Translations under genes and position numbers: made by a program
Shown: piece by piece, positions 1 to 11,926 of the stretch
How the letters are laid out: every line of letters begins with the position of its first letter
Position numbering within the stretch: position 1 is the stretch's first letter
Origin: Octopus sinensis
Lineage: Eukaryota
Direction of reading: 5' to 3'
Assembly: GCF_006345805.1 (NCBI RefSeq)
Contig: NC_042997.1
Location: 7,874,001-7,938,000 of the forward strand
Length of the DNA: 64,000 bases
The notes under the pieces: model-generated
Told to the model about the DNA's origin: nothing
Databases searched by the model: none
The model's input: only the letters and a program-made list of their open reading frames with translations

Positions 1-2039
1 GTGTCTGCCTCTCTCTGTCACTCCCCTCTATTTGTATCTCTCTGTTTCATAATCTTTCTTTCTCTACGTCCCTCTACCCTCTATTTGTTCATAATCGCTA
101 GCTTCATTCAACTCTGAATTGCAAACTAAGACGTTATAATCTGTTGCGGTCATTTGTATCTCTGTGATCGTCCTATTAAAAGCACTCGCTAATTATTAAT
201 AATTGGGTCGAGAATTATGAATATTAATTATATAGATCTAGTTTTCAACACAATGTGAAGATTCAGATGGCAAGTATTTCACTCAACGACATAAGTGTTC
301 GTTGGGCGAAGTATAAGTTTTTGTGGTGTTAATGACAAAATATGTCGAATGTTGCCCGAATGAACTGATATCCGGATACTGACAGCAATCAAAAATATCA
401 TAGTTGAAATTTGTTTATTCAGCATGTCTTTATATGTTCATTTGATATGTATAGAATGTATAGCGCTGGGAAAGTAGACTATACTTTTATATCGCGCTTA
501 TACATTACTGTAATGACACTATGAGTGATGTGTATAATTACTTTTCACAAAACACATGTGAATATTCAAAATTTCTATGAATCGCATGTTTGATGGATTC
601 TGTTGTATCATTGAATTATAATATATCAATAACATAAGGCTGTTTATTGTAAGTGCATATTTTAGAAGACATTTAATTTCAGAACAGTAAGATATATTTT
701 TGAAAATACGTACTACAAGAATTTTAATCTGAAAAGCTCATCTGCCATCGGATGCAGTTGACAAATTGTGGTTTTTAAGTTATTGTTGTGACAATGTATA
801 CCACATAACTTCTCTGGGTATGATTACTACTTGACAGTATACAAACGATATACTAGTTTTAGGCCTATCTGAGATGTAAATGATATCAAGTGGTTATTCA
901 CATAATACAATATGTAGAATTCACTTTCCCAGAACTAGTACTCCTCTTCTGAATAACATTATTATCCTATAATACTTAAATATTGGAATACTTCGCATAC
1001 TTAGGCGTAATTGTAACTCTAGTTTCAATAAATAGTAATTGTAAGGTCGTTATATAGAAAATGTTTAAAATGGTGTATAAACTTTTTGCAAAGAATCGTA
1101 ATATGAACTAAATGATTTAATGTAAGAATTTGATATATCATTTTAAATTGGATGCTAACAACAACCTCGAAAGATAAGTAATAAAAATATATTTCAAGAT
1201 GCTGTTTCCGAAGAGAGAACATTGATATTATTGCTGGTATTCTTAATGATGTTCATAGAAGATGAAGTTAAGTATTGCAGGTATGAGAAACAAATTTAAT
1301 AATAAAGAGACTTTGCTTTGCAATGGATTGGAAGTGCATATATACATATATAACGCATCGCCTCGTTTATGATTGCTTTGTATTCCATATCACTTAGGTG
1401 ATGTTTGATTTAATGAGACTTCACCTACATATTTTACAAACAGAATGAGAAACAAAAGGAAAATACGTAACAAATGCTCCTGATTAAGAAATTGGTGAAA
1501 GAGAAATAATTACAGTTAAAGGAAATCTTTCGCACAGTTTGGATGATAGTATCATCATAAAGTTGGGCGTGATGTTGTTAAAGCAAACATAGTAAACGTT
1601 AATTATTTGAGACGATGCAAGAAAGCATAGATTGGCTGTTTCAAAGAACATGGGCCAAATATATTCCACGGTAATAAAAAAAAAACATCCATTATATAAG
1701 TATACGAATTGCAAGTATTTAGCGTAGAACTGAAATTATTTAAAATACTCATATTTCACAAACATATTCACATGGCCAAACACGCGCTGTGCAAACACAC
1801 TCACACATACACTCTCTACCTTCCTCTCTTTCTTCTTCACACACACACACGCACGCACGCACACACACACACACACGCACACACACACAACGGACACCGA
1901 TTGTAATACAAAATTTGTTTACGATTGTGAATATCTGCTCGCAGAGTAAGATTATATGAATTTGTAAAAATATTCTATATTATAACATATGTATGTGCGT
2001 GTGTGTATATATATGTATATATGTATATTCTTTTATTTA

Positions 2040-2160
2040 TATATATATTCTTATACTCTTGTATTTGTTTCAGTCATTTGACTGCGGTCATGCTGGAGCA
2101 CCGCCTTTAGTCGAACACATCGACCCCAGGACTTATTCTTTGTAAACCTTGTACTTAATT
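2040..2160 (-). mobile_element. 3' fragment of tRNA-derived SINE family A
   Basis: Reverse complement of the 3' end of the full copy at 11449-11840 (gtttcagtcatttgactgcggtcatgctggagcaccgcctttagtcga). Confidence 0.85.
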
Positions 2161-2172
2161 GTCTGTCTGTCC

Positions 2173-2245
<73 letters not shown>

Positions 2246-2300
2246 ATATTCATATATATATATATGGGTGTATGTAAATATATATATATATATATATTTC

Positions 2301-2407
2301 AATGATTGATAGGGAAGGCAGAGTGTACTGTAAGTTTCATTTAGCACGACGATAGTGGTGGTGCTAAACGAAGCTGATAGTACTCACTGACTTCCCAATC
2401 AATCATT
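2301..2407. other. 107-nt imperfect hairpin (pre-miRNA-like or decayed MITE)
   Basis: 47-nt arms 2301-2347 and 2361-2407 pair without bulges (39 Watson-Crick, 2 G-U, 6 mismatches on the + strand); 13-nt loop. Confidence 0.8.
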
Positions 2408-2679
2408 TAAAAACGCACCGAGGAGTTCCGTACGCAGGTCTTCCGATGAAGGGCAATTCCGCGGATGACGTCTAGTAGCCGTAATTGGTGTACATGCGCT
2501 CAAGGTATACTACAATGATCATACGCAAAACAAAGTTTGGATACTACATGTTGAAGTCTACTTACTAAATTGTATTTTTAGATATTACTTACACACACAC
2601 ACACTAATACACATACAGATACATATATATGAATGTATGTATACCTATATAGATATTAATACACATACATATATGTATA

Positions 2680-3252
2680 CACGAGTTGATTTCCTGAAGT
2701 TTTGAGACCATTTTTGGAGATGCAGTTATTTATGACAGATTAGTGTATTTTATTAATGTATTTTCGGTATGACATTAATTTACTTTGTATAAGCCAATCT
2801 GCTGACATTTTAATTCCAGATTGAAAGAATCGGCTGTAACAATATTTTGAACACACACAACTAAACATTGATTGCCACGGCCTACTAAATAAAAGTTGTC
2901 ACAAGACCATCCTGGTAACCAGCTACTTGACAGAGGTGGACATTTAATCTTCCCCTCACCTCCTTTTCAGTCTAGACCTTGCTCCCAATAACGTTTGGTT
3001 ATTCCCCAATCTGAAAGAGAACCTCAAGGAAGTCGATTCGAAGATATGGAGAAGATTGAGGCTGTGGCAAATGACTTGGACGCCTATCTGGAGGGCATCC
3101 ATGGAATATTCAGGAAATGGCTAGGGCGCTACTACAAGGGCATTGAAGTTAGAATGCTTTAATTTGGTGGGGATTACAGTTGTGAACACATTCGATATGA
3201 ATACATGTTTCTGCAGAAAAAATGTATGAAATCTCCTGGAAAATACCTCGTA
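2680..3252 (+). mobile_element. Internally deleted mariner element
   Basis: Degenerate TIRs (acgagttgatttcctgaa / tcctggaaaatacctcgt) next to TA. C-terminal transposase remnant near 2960-3060 resembles S-P-D-L-A-P...WLFPNLKENLK. Confidence 0.7.
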
Positions 3253-3316
3253 TATAATTATGTATGAATATAAATGTATGTGTGTGTGCGTGTGCGTCTA
3301 CATCTATCTGTACGCA

Positions 3317-3393
3317 TGTATATATATATATATATATATAGGGAGAGAGAGAGAGAGAGGGAGAGAGAGAGAGAGGGAGAGAGAGAGAGAGAG

Positions 3394-3455
<62 letters not shown>

Positions 3456-3475
3456 ATAGATATACATATGTACAT
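3317..3475. repeat. Compound microsatellite (TA)n(GA)n(GATA)n
   Basis: Directly visible. Confidence 0.95.
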
Positions 3476-3480
3476 ATATA

Positions 3481-3863
3481 TCTCTCTATATATAAACGGC
3501 AGTTTGTCTGTGCGTTTTCTGTGTGTCTGTTTTCCCGTACCCTCACTCTGACCACGGCTTTCAACCGATTCTGATGAAACTTGACACACACATAGCCCAA
3601 TGTCATAATTCAAAACTAACGCAGCGAAAATTTTGAAAAGTTCCCCCAGTTCTGAAAAAAATCGATAAATTCGACATGGGGTCGAGAATCAGAAACCCAA
3701 ACCACAGACCGTCTAGGGGACGCAACTCCACCTTTTTTAACTCTCAAAAAAATTTACCATTATTTTTTTTCCATTTTTTTGCTATTTTTTGGCTATAACT
3801 CTCTAAAAATGCTTTATAGTTATTTCCCTTACAAACCTGAGCAACGCCGGGCGATACTGCTAG
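3481..3863 (+). mobile_element. Non-autonomous Helitron-like element, copy 1
   Basis: 5' TC start (tctctctatatataaa), GC-rich subterminal segment, 3' CTAG followed by T, no TIR. Highly similar to 28743-29127. Confidence 0.75.
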
Positions 3864-3892
3864 TATATATATATAATTTATTTTATAGAAGA

Positions 3893-3943
3893 AGCTTCTA
3901 CAGGACTAGAACTGTTTCATTCAGATGAAATCTTCAGGAAGCT
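3893..3943 (-). ncRNA. Type I hammerhead ribozyme motif, intact core
   Basis: Minus strand reads AGCUUC-CUGAAGA-UUUCAUCUGAAU-GAAAC-AGUUCUAGUCCU-GUA-GAAGCU: 6-bp stem I, CUGANGA, GAAA and GUA triplet. Confidence 0.65.
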
Positions 3944-3990
3944 TCCTGAAGATTTCATCTGAATGAAAGAGTTCTAGTCCTGTGGAAGCT
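3940..3990 (+). ncRNA. Hammerhead motif, mutated copy
   Basis: Same motif with GAAAC>GAAAG and GUA>GUG, which breaks the NUH cleavage rule. Confidence 0.5.
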
Positions 3991-4072
3991 CCTTCTATAA
4001 AATAAATTACTTTACTCTGCTATGTATTGAGTACCTTAGTTACTGTGGTTAACCCCGACTCAACCCGAGACC

Positions 4073-4149
<77 letters not shown>

Positions 4150-4261
4150 CATACAGACACACATAAATATAATACTTTTATTAGTTTACTTGTTTCCGTC
4201 AGTTGACTGTGCCGTGCTGCGGCACAGCCTTTAGTATGTATATATCCGTATATAATTAACG

Positions 4262-4566
4262 CATATATCCTTATATCAGAGCAGCAAAAAGAACCCACTT
4301 CTTCGACCATCCAACATCAACTGGAGTAAAGATTGGGCCAGTGAGATGTATTTTGGGACGCTGTCATATTCTCTGTTCAGTGAAGATTCTCTGTATTTCC
4401 TGACCGTTGTCAAGTGTGGGTCTGGAGACTCTGTCATCACGAATTTGATATGAAAAGATTGCAGCCAACAATGTAACATGGCAGCTACTCTATGATGGTC
4501 TGGGAAGCAATTTGGAGCAATGGTTGATCAAAGCTGATGGAGTGTGAGGGAAACATAAACTCAGAT
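4262..4566 (+). pseudogene. Tc1 transposase catalytic-domain fragment
   Basis: Reads VIFSVQ*RFSVFPD...VWVWR...QPTM*HGSYSMMVWEAIWSNG...EGNINSD, matching Tc1 FSDES and HGGGSVMVWG motifs with stops. Confidence 0.75.
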
Positions 4567-4580
4567 ATATATGTGTCTAA

Positions 4581-4647
4581 TTTGCACATATTTGTCCAAA
4601 TTTAGTCGCGTTAACAAAGGGATGTGGGTTCGACTCCCACGTGCATA
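4581..4647 (+). other. tRNA-like fragment (perfect T-arm only)
   Basis: GTGGG-TTCGACT-CCCAC at 4624-4640; possible acceptor pairing TTTGCAC/GTGCATA; no canonical D or anticodon arm. Confidence 0.3.
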
Positions 4648-5069
4648 GGAAAGATTTCTTTTTTTCTGTCGGAGGCTCATATGCCCCTTTATTAGGGGCA
4701 TTTCCTTAGTCATTGAACGGTGATTGTCATAAGCTTTAAGCTTATATAAAAATACCATATATATATATATAAATATATATATATCGACCCGTTACATGGC
4801 GAATAATGTTGGTGATATAATTCCGTATGAATCATAATATAAAATAGTAGTTATAATTTAAATGTCATCAGCTTTTTTGTACTTATGCAAAATAAAGAAA
4901 TGAATGACAAGGATTCTTTTTGTTTCTCTCTGTGTATACGTGTGTGTGAGTGTTAAATACCACAGAGTGGACAAAGTGCCATTTAAGTTGTGGAGTGGAT
5001 GCTGTCGGCTCACCCACTGCCATTAATTAAAATTGCCGGTCTTGTGCCAAAACTTGAAACCATCATCAT

Positions 5070-5092
5070 AATCTTCATTATTATTATTATTA

Positions 5093-5157
<65 letters not shown>

Positions 5158-5160
5158 TCT
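5070..5160. repeat. (ATT)n array following a SINE 3' end
   Basis: Directly visible; preceded by aaaattgccggtcttgtgccaaaacttgaaacc. Confidence 0.9.
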
Positions 5161-5394
5161 TACTAATATGAATATTATTATCATCATCATTACTATTATT
5201 ATTATCAATGCCGTTATTGTTGTTGTGGTGGTGTGGGTAGTACTAGTAGTGGTGCAAGATGTGGTCATCGTCTTCGTCGTCATCATCATCATCATCCTAA
5301 TCATCATCATCATAAGCAGCAAAATAATCATAATCATTAAAATATAGAAGATACTCATTTGTTGCAGTAGTTAGTTGTGCATTTCTTTTGAACT

Positions 5395-5560
5395 ATAGCG
5401 GTATGTTCTTTCCTAATCTTGAGGATTTCGAGGCAACTCGATGCTCTCTCAAGTAAAGCTGTTTTCTGGATGTATGCTATTTTAATTTTCATACCTATCT
5501 TTTCCAACCACTTTTGAAATTCAATACCCACAGAAGCTAGCGCACCAAAGTCAATGTGAG
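5395..5560 (-). mobile_element. R4/Dong-type LINE 3' end
   Basis: Minus strand gives ...EFQKWLEKIGMKIKIAYIQKTALL, the C-terminus after the restriction-like endonuclease (RLE). Confidence 0.65.
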
Positions 5561-6619
5561 AATATATAAATATTATCTTTGCGCTAAAATTATTTTACTA
5601 TATTTCGAAAGCAAAGTCTGATTTCATACTAGCTGCTGAAGAAATGTTTTACTTCGAAAACATTTTAGCGCGGTAATTTTCTTCATTCTTAATTCGCTTT
5701 ATATCCCTGCACAAGAGTATTGGAATTTGGAAAATATGTCAAAAATGAAAATGAATATGATCGTGCAAGTCATCGAAAATAAGAAATAGAAACACAAGAG
5801 AATAAAATATTTACAGGAACAAAAACGTAGCACAATGAACCTTTCAACAATAACAAAAAAAAAAAAAGAGAAAAGTACGAACCCCGGCTCATCCTATCTG
5901 CAATACCAAAATGTCTCAGAAGTAAGACACTGCTATCTTCATATATTAGGGAAGACACTGTGTGAAAAATACTATATGGCTTTAACTGTGGGCGACTTTA
6001 TTCATAGGTCTACTGAATAAACCCTGGGGTAAACAACAAAAGGAAATGTTACTAATAACTGCCACAAAATATCTAAGTGGTACATATCTTTTAAAAATGT
6101 AAGACGTAAAGAGCGAAATGATGGTAATAATAATTATATCAAGGACACTGATCAGTTATATGATTAAGATGACTATAAAACGAAATTGTAAAAGGTGACC
6201 GCTATACATACAGATTCAACAAAACCTATTATGTATTAGCTGTGTCAAACTATGAGTGAATGCTTTGCCTCTGTTATCATCGTTCTACCAAGGTTACTTA
6301 AAATATGAAAAGTAAACGTCAAATAAAACGGCCCCTCTTCATCCCGATAGGTTCGTTGGATTTGTTTTAGTTATCAAAAGGTGTGCCACTATAAATTTTT
6401 CCGCATTGGGTATATCTATCGCTCTCGCCCTGCATCTCTCTAATATCGTTATAACCGCTAACTAAAATATACGTAACCTACAGTGCTTTTACTTCTATTA
6501 GTGTCTAGAGGTTATTATATCATATTCATTAGCGGTGTCTAGCCACTAGTGCAACACCTGCGAATCTGTCATCTTAAAAATCTATGTATTTCTGAAACAA
6601 TTCGTCGTGGTCGGCTTTT

Positions 6620-7620
6620 ATATCGTATCCGAGAATTTAGTTTCTTCTTTGTTGAACGCTTCGCTTATAGTGATGTCGTTGCTTTCAGTTAGTCCTTGCA
6701 CCTTCGAAGAGAACAGCCTCGTGTTCTTTTTCCTTCAAGTGAAGTCACTGAATAAGACTTCACGTGGGAAATCTGCCTCCTTTAGCCTTCCTACGTGTTC
6801 AGATCATCGACGACGTTTCATGATCAGCAACTCGACACTCTGGATGTTAGCTCATTGCAGGACTTTGTTGTTGGTCACATAATGTTACAATTTGATACTC
6901 GATATGAAATGAAATTTTGTTGCTGAAAACGTTCCACGTTTTGGATGTCGCGACGATATAGACTCTATATTTCCCAGCCATATAGCAAGGTTGAAATAAT
7001 GTCAGCACTATAGACCATAAGTTTCATTGTCACGTTAAGAAGACGCGTTTCCAAAAACCTCCATGTATTGCTCCAATTCTGCGTTTCACACCACTGTCTG
7101 AAGTAGACTTGTTTGATAAAATGCTACCTAGATAGGAAAAATGCTCTACTTGTTCGGGAGGTGTATCAGAGATGGTGACACTAAAATCTGGTAAGATGGT
7201 ATTTGGGACTGAGTTGCAAGGACCTCGGTTTTCTTGATGTTGTTGTTGTGGTGGTGTGGGTAGTACTAGTAGTGGTGCAAGATGTGGTCGTGGTCTTCGT
7301 CGTCATCATCATCATCGTCATCATCATCCTAATCATCATCATCATAAGCAGCAAAATAATCATCATCATTAAAATATAGAAGATACTCATAAAGCGATGG
7401 CAGGCTATAAGAAATTTGTACATAGACTGTGGGAATTCTTTTCTAGAATGTCAGACGGCAGTATTGTCATCAGCATATTAAAGTTATGAGATGCGTTGCG
7501 AGTATGTTGTTTAAATCAAATTATCCTAAAACTTTGATGGTCGCTACATGTCGTGGTGGAGGAGCTTTGGTGGACTAATGACTCCGAGATCGATACCGTC
7601 GGGGTGTTTTAATTCATCGT
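6620..7620 (-). mobile_element. RTE-clade LINE RT fragment, interrupted at 7240-7390
   Basis: YADD motif near 7445-7460, ACHRF|NIKKTEVL across the insertion, YLGSILSN, and IQSVELLIMKR...EVLFS at the 3' side. Confidence 0.8.
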
Positions 7621-8371
7621 AGGGTCACCCTTGGCGACTAGGTCGAGGATGAGGACCTAGCCTTATTGTGACCGACGCACCAAAATCCCAACGCTGGAAG
7701 AAGCGGATGATGACTACAACAGATCTCAACAACTGAACCAGAGAATTTAAAAAAAATGAAAAGTGTTTTAAACAGATATTAACAACCCCTCCTGCTTCAT
7801 CTAGGTCCAACCTTTACCTAAATGGGGGCAGTTACTTAAACTAGATATGCTATAGATATATGCTCACCAACGACATTATGAAGTGCTCTTTTATCTTTAA
7901 TAACTTTGTCACAAGCAGCGTTGTCTTCAATACTATCAAGAAAGTAAGGAATCCTACCTGTTTTGTGTTCAAACAATGCCAGAGTCGAATCGACTTTTCA
8001 GGTCCATGACAGGCAATAGGAGCTCATTGCTAGTCATGTTCACGTAATTTCATGTTGTTTTTACACTAAAAACGAATCTAGCGAAGACTTAATCGAGGAT
8101 GGAATAGCGGAATGATGCCAACGACTGAGGGCAGTCTATTTGTTGATAAATTCATTGGCAACACGAAAAACCATAACTTGTATTAGGTGTTAGAATTAAA
8201 TAATTGTTCCTGCATTATCCTACCGCTAAAAATTGAATTATAGCACTCAGTTGTGTAATAGATACAACTGGGATAACTTGTAACTAAAACATATATTTAT
8301 AAATTATATGTGAAGAAGATATTTAAAGCAAGATCGCCAACGCAGATTGTCGACCTAACTAAAATATATAT

Positions 8372-9597
8372 AAAGGACAAAATAATGGAAACACCTTAAA
8401 GTGTCAAACAAATTTATTTTAACATGGGGCAGGACTGCCTTTGGCAGTAATTAAAGCTTGAATTCTAAGAGTTATGAACTCCCACAAAGTTTGAATTGTT
8501 TCCAAAGGCACATTTGACCATTCTTCAGCTAAAACAGTCTCCAGTTCTTGTAGTGACGATGGTGGGGGATATCGACTACTTTTTATTTTCTAAAATGCAC
8601 CATGAATGATCAATAATATTGAGATTTGGGGATTGTTTTGGCTCAGATAAGATCTTCAACTTCACTAGAATGTTCCTTGTGCGATTCAGTAGCAATTTTA
8701 GCTACGTGAATTGGTGCATTATCATCCTGAAAGATTGCATTTCCCTTCGGAAACAGTTCTGCAAACATAAGTAATTTTAGCTATTAATTCTGCCATGAAG
8801 GGAAACCATTGGGCCGGCGGATTTCGGAGATTTAGTCCTCTAGATCATCACATATCCTCCTCCGTGTTTAACAGTTATAAGATGGCAGTCTGGGTCTTTT
8901 GGACGTCTCCACACGTATATTCGGCCGGTGGTTGGAGATAATGTAAAGGATGACTAGTCCGAGAAAATATCATTCTTTCACTGCTCTAGGGACCAGTTCT
9001 GTAGGTTTCTGCTCCGCTCTAAACACTTTGCAACATTTATTTTGTAAGTAGTGGTTTTCTGATTGCAGCACCCCCGTGAAATTCGGCTTTGTGCAGCTCC
9101 CGGCGAACAGTTTTTTTGTGGAAACTGGGTTCTCGAGCTGGTCATTAAGCTCTGCAGTAATTTGGGAGATGTACTTTTGTGAACCTTTCTAACAATTCGC
9201 GTAAGATTCCAACGATCCCTATCTGAAAGTTTTGGTTTTCTTTTTTTCGACGAGGAGGTATTTTTTTCCGCTTTCTCAAAGGCTGTCCTTACTTTCGATA
9301 TAGTACTTCTAGGTGCACCAAACATTTCGGCTGTTTTTTTTACGCTAGCGCCTGCCATACTAGCACTAACAATTTGTCCCCTTTGAACGTCCGATAGATC
9401 TGTCATTTTAATGAATTATAATTACTTTTTTTTCTGATGATATCTGAAAACAAACAGCAATTTTAGCAAAACATATTAAGCAACACTAATAATAGATGAA
9501 AAACATAAAAATAAACAAGCTTTTGATGATTTTATAGATATTTCAAAGTATGATGCTATGATGCTAGGTGTTTCCATTATTTTGTCCAATCCCTGTA
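8372..9597 (-). mobile_element. Tc1-family DNA transposon, near full length, degenerate
   Basis: 22-bp TIR match (8375-8396 vs 9566-9587); right end finishes ...ccctgTA. Contains FQDDNAPIH and QSPNLNIIDHSW catalytic motifs with frameshifts. Confidence 0.9.
8978..9406 (-). pseudogene. Tc1 transposase N-terminal HTH domain (frameshifted)
   Basis: MTDLSDVQRGQIV...SVKKTAEMFGAPRSTISKV...RKPKLSDRDRWNLTRIVRK. Confidence 0.85.
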
Positions 9598-11137
9598 TTT
9601 ATGAACAAAATAACAGGAAATAAGGTACAACAAGGAGAACGATAGCAGTAAATATTTCATAGATACATAATATACTGCTTGAGGCATAGGTCAATTAAAT
9701 ATATATTACAGGGATTGAATGGTTTTAATTTAGAATGATTTTAATAATGAAAGGACACTTTGATGTTGAATTAAAAAATTAGAGAAAAATTAGAGGCTGT
9801 TTTTGACACTTATCGCTCAGCTCTGTTAATAATACCAACAAAAATAACAATAATAACCACCCTTTCATTCGTACACACAAAAACCACTCCATGAAATAAA
9901 AGTAAAACCTTTGTACAGTCAAAAGAATATAATATTACTATCAGTTTGTGAAGTTCTGCACAGCATATTTATTAGAGAGCAGTTGTTTCAGATGTTAGTA
10001 CTTTATAGGATGCCATTCTGTTCTAACCTTTTGAACATCCAAAATAGTTAGAGTTCCGTACACATCTAATACTATCATGGAAATAAAATCAAATGACACA
10101 TGAAATGACTCTAGTAGAAAAGGTCTTTCTTTTATAATAAAACCGTAAGCAATGTATGCAGTAACAACATTTCTGTCATCAAATCCTAGATTATAAAATC
10201 CTTAAGTCAGCGGATTATAGTCTGACCGAAAATAACTCTGCATTTGAATGTCAGAATTAGCTGCGTTACATGCTTTAAATACCAGAACAACAAAAGTTGA
10301 CTTTTATTGCTGTCCTTTCCGAGCATGGCTGAAAATGTTGATGAATACTTAATAAAAGATTCTGTATTTCCAAATGCTATCGTGAATTACATTAAAACAT
10401 TGAACCGCAGTACGCCTTATAGATAATTCATTTAAATATAAATTATATTAAAGAATAGCACTTATCTACTGCTTATATCGCAAAATCGCTTCAGTCAAAA
10501 AAATAACTCACCATTGACCACTCTTAATATATATACAGAAATGTTATTAAATTTCTTATATTCTTAGTTATTCTAATTTTTGTCTTTGTAAAATACTGCA
10601 ATATTTCTTTTCTGTTTTATAGTCTTAGATATTTTACTCAAAGAATGTCCATTGACCGTTATCTGGTGCGCTATAAATCGTAATAAAATACCCGTGATGT
10701 TCATCGCGTTTCATTAATCTATAATTTGGGTTCACAGAATCTTAGTTGGTATGCATAAACTGTCCGTTTTAAATATATCATTCAATGCTACCAAAACTGT
10801 TCAAAAATATATTGCATTCATATTTTATCACTCAAATTTAATAACCGTATTCGCCCAACCGACACAATATAGTTTTTGTTATAACGGAAAAACAGGCTCG
10901 GTTCACGGAATTGAAACCTGATGAATACAACTGATTTCGGGCAGTTAAACGCAGTTCGAAATCATAAATATGTGCACATAGTGAATTTACATGGAAGCGA
11001 ATTTTACTTGATGGTACTACATTTCAAATTGATATCAAACGCATTTAACTACAATAAGCAGATATAGAAAATACAATTTGTGATATGCAAATGAAAATGT
11101 TCCCTTTTAGAGGAGTGCATCACAAAGATGCACAATC

Positions 11138-11357
11138 TTTTATTTTCTACTCTAGGTACAAGGCCCGAAAATTTGGGGTAGAGTGCTAGTCGAAGAGATC
11201 GACCCCCAGTACGTAACAGGTACTTAATTTATCGACCCCGAAAGGATGAAAGGCAAAGTCGACCTCGGCGGAATTTGAACTTAGAACGTAAAGACAGACG
11301 AAATGCTGCAATGTATTTCGCCCGGCGTACTGCAGTTTCTGCCAGTTCACTGCCTTA
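11138..11357 (-). mobile_element. SINE family B
   Basis: Minus strand: taaggcagtgaactggcagaa...gttcaaattccgccgaggtcgactttgcctttcatcctttcggggtcgataaattaagtacc; B-box-like GTTCAAATT; several further copies in the window. Confidence 0.85.
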
Positions 11358-11448
11358 CTGTTTTAAACACATTGCATGAGGTATTGTACGAGTTTCTATT
11401 TCTATATGCTCGGAGCGATGGTAAATGTTATGGTTTTATATATATATA

Positions 11449-11840
11449 GGCGCAGGAGTGGCTGTGTGGTAAGTTGCTTTGTCTAACAACCGCATGGTTC
11501 CGGGTTCAGTCCCACTGCGTGGCATCTTGGGCAAGTGTCTTCTGCTATGGCCCCGGGCCGACCAATGCCTTGTGAGTGGATTTGGTAGACGGAATCTGAA
11601 AGAAGCCCGTCGTATATATGTATATATATATATGTATGTGTGTGATTGTGTGTCTGTGTTTGTCCCCCTAGCATTGCTTGACAACCGATGCTGGTGTGTT
11701 TACGTCCCCGTCACTTAGCGGTTCGGCAAAAGAGAGCGATAGAATAAGTACTGGGCTTACAAAGAATAAGTCCCGGGGTCGATGTGCTCGACTAAAGGCG
11801 GTGCTCCAGCATGGCCGCAGTCAAATGACTGAAACAAGTA
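11449..11840 (+). mobile_element. Full-length tRNA-derived SINE family A
   Basis: A box TGGCTGTGTGG, B box GGTTCAGTCC, internal TA/TG microsatellite; 3' end shared with 2040-2160, 21332-21743 and 23249-23600. Confidence 0.9.
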
Positions 11841-11858
11841 TAAATGTAAAATGTAAAA

Positions 11859-11859
<1 letters not shown>

Positions 11860-11926
<67 letters not shown>

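Larger units (their letters stand above)
3874..4077. mobile_element. Collapsed inverted-repeat element (family F1), probable PLE 3' end with inverted pLTR
   Basis: 136-bp spacerless palindrome 3874-4009 (centre AAG|CTT at 3941/3942, 3 mismatches), then a tail at 4010-4077 shared with 17785-17855; flanked by (TA)n. Confidence 0.8.

Noticed and set aside
2440-2480. ccgatgaagggcaattccgcggatgacgtc, hammerhead-like
   Set aside because: GAAA is missing, and stems I and II do not pair adequately.
7623-7673. Nested hairpin ggtcac/gtgacc and ctaggtc/gacctag
   Set aside because: Short stems at the edge of an RTE remnant; no ribozyme topology evident.
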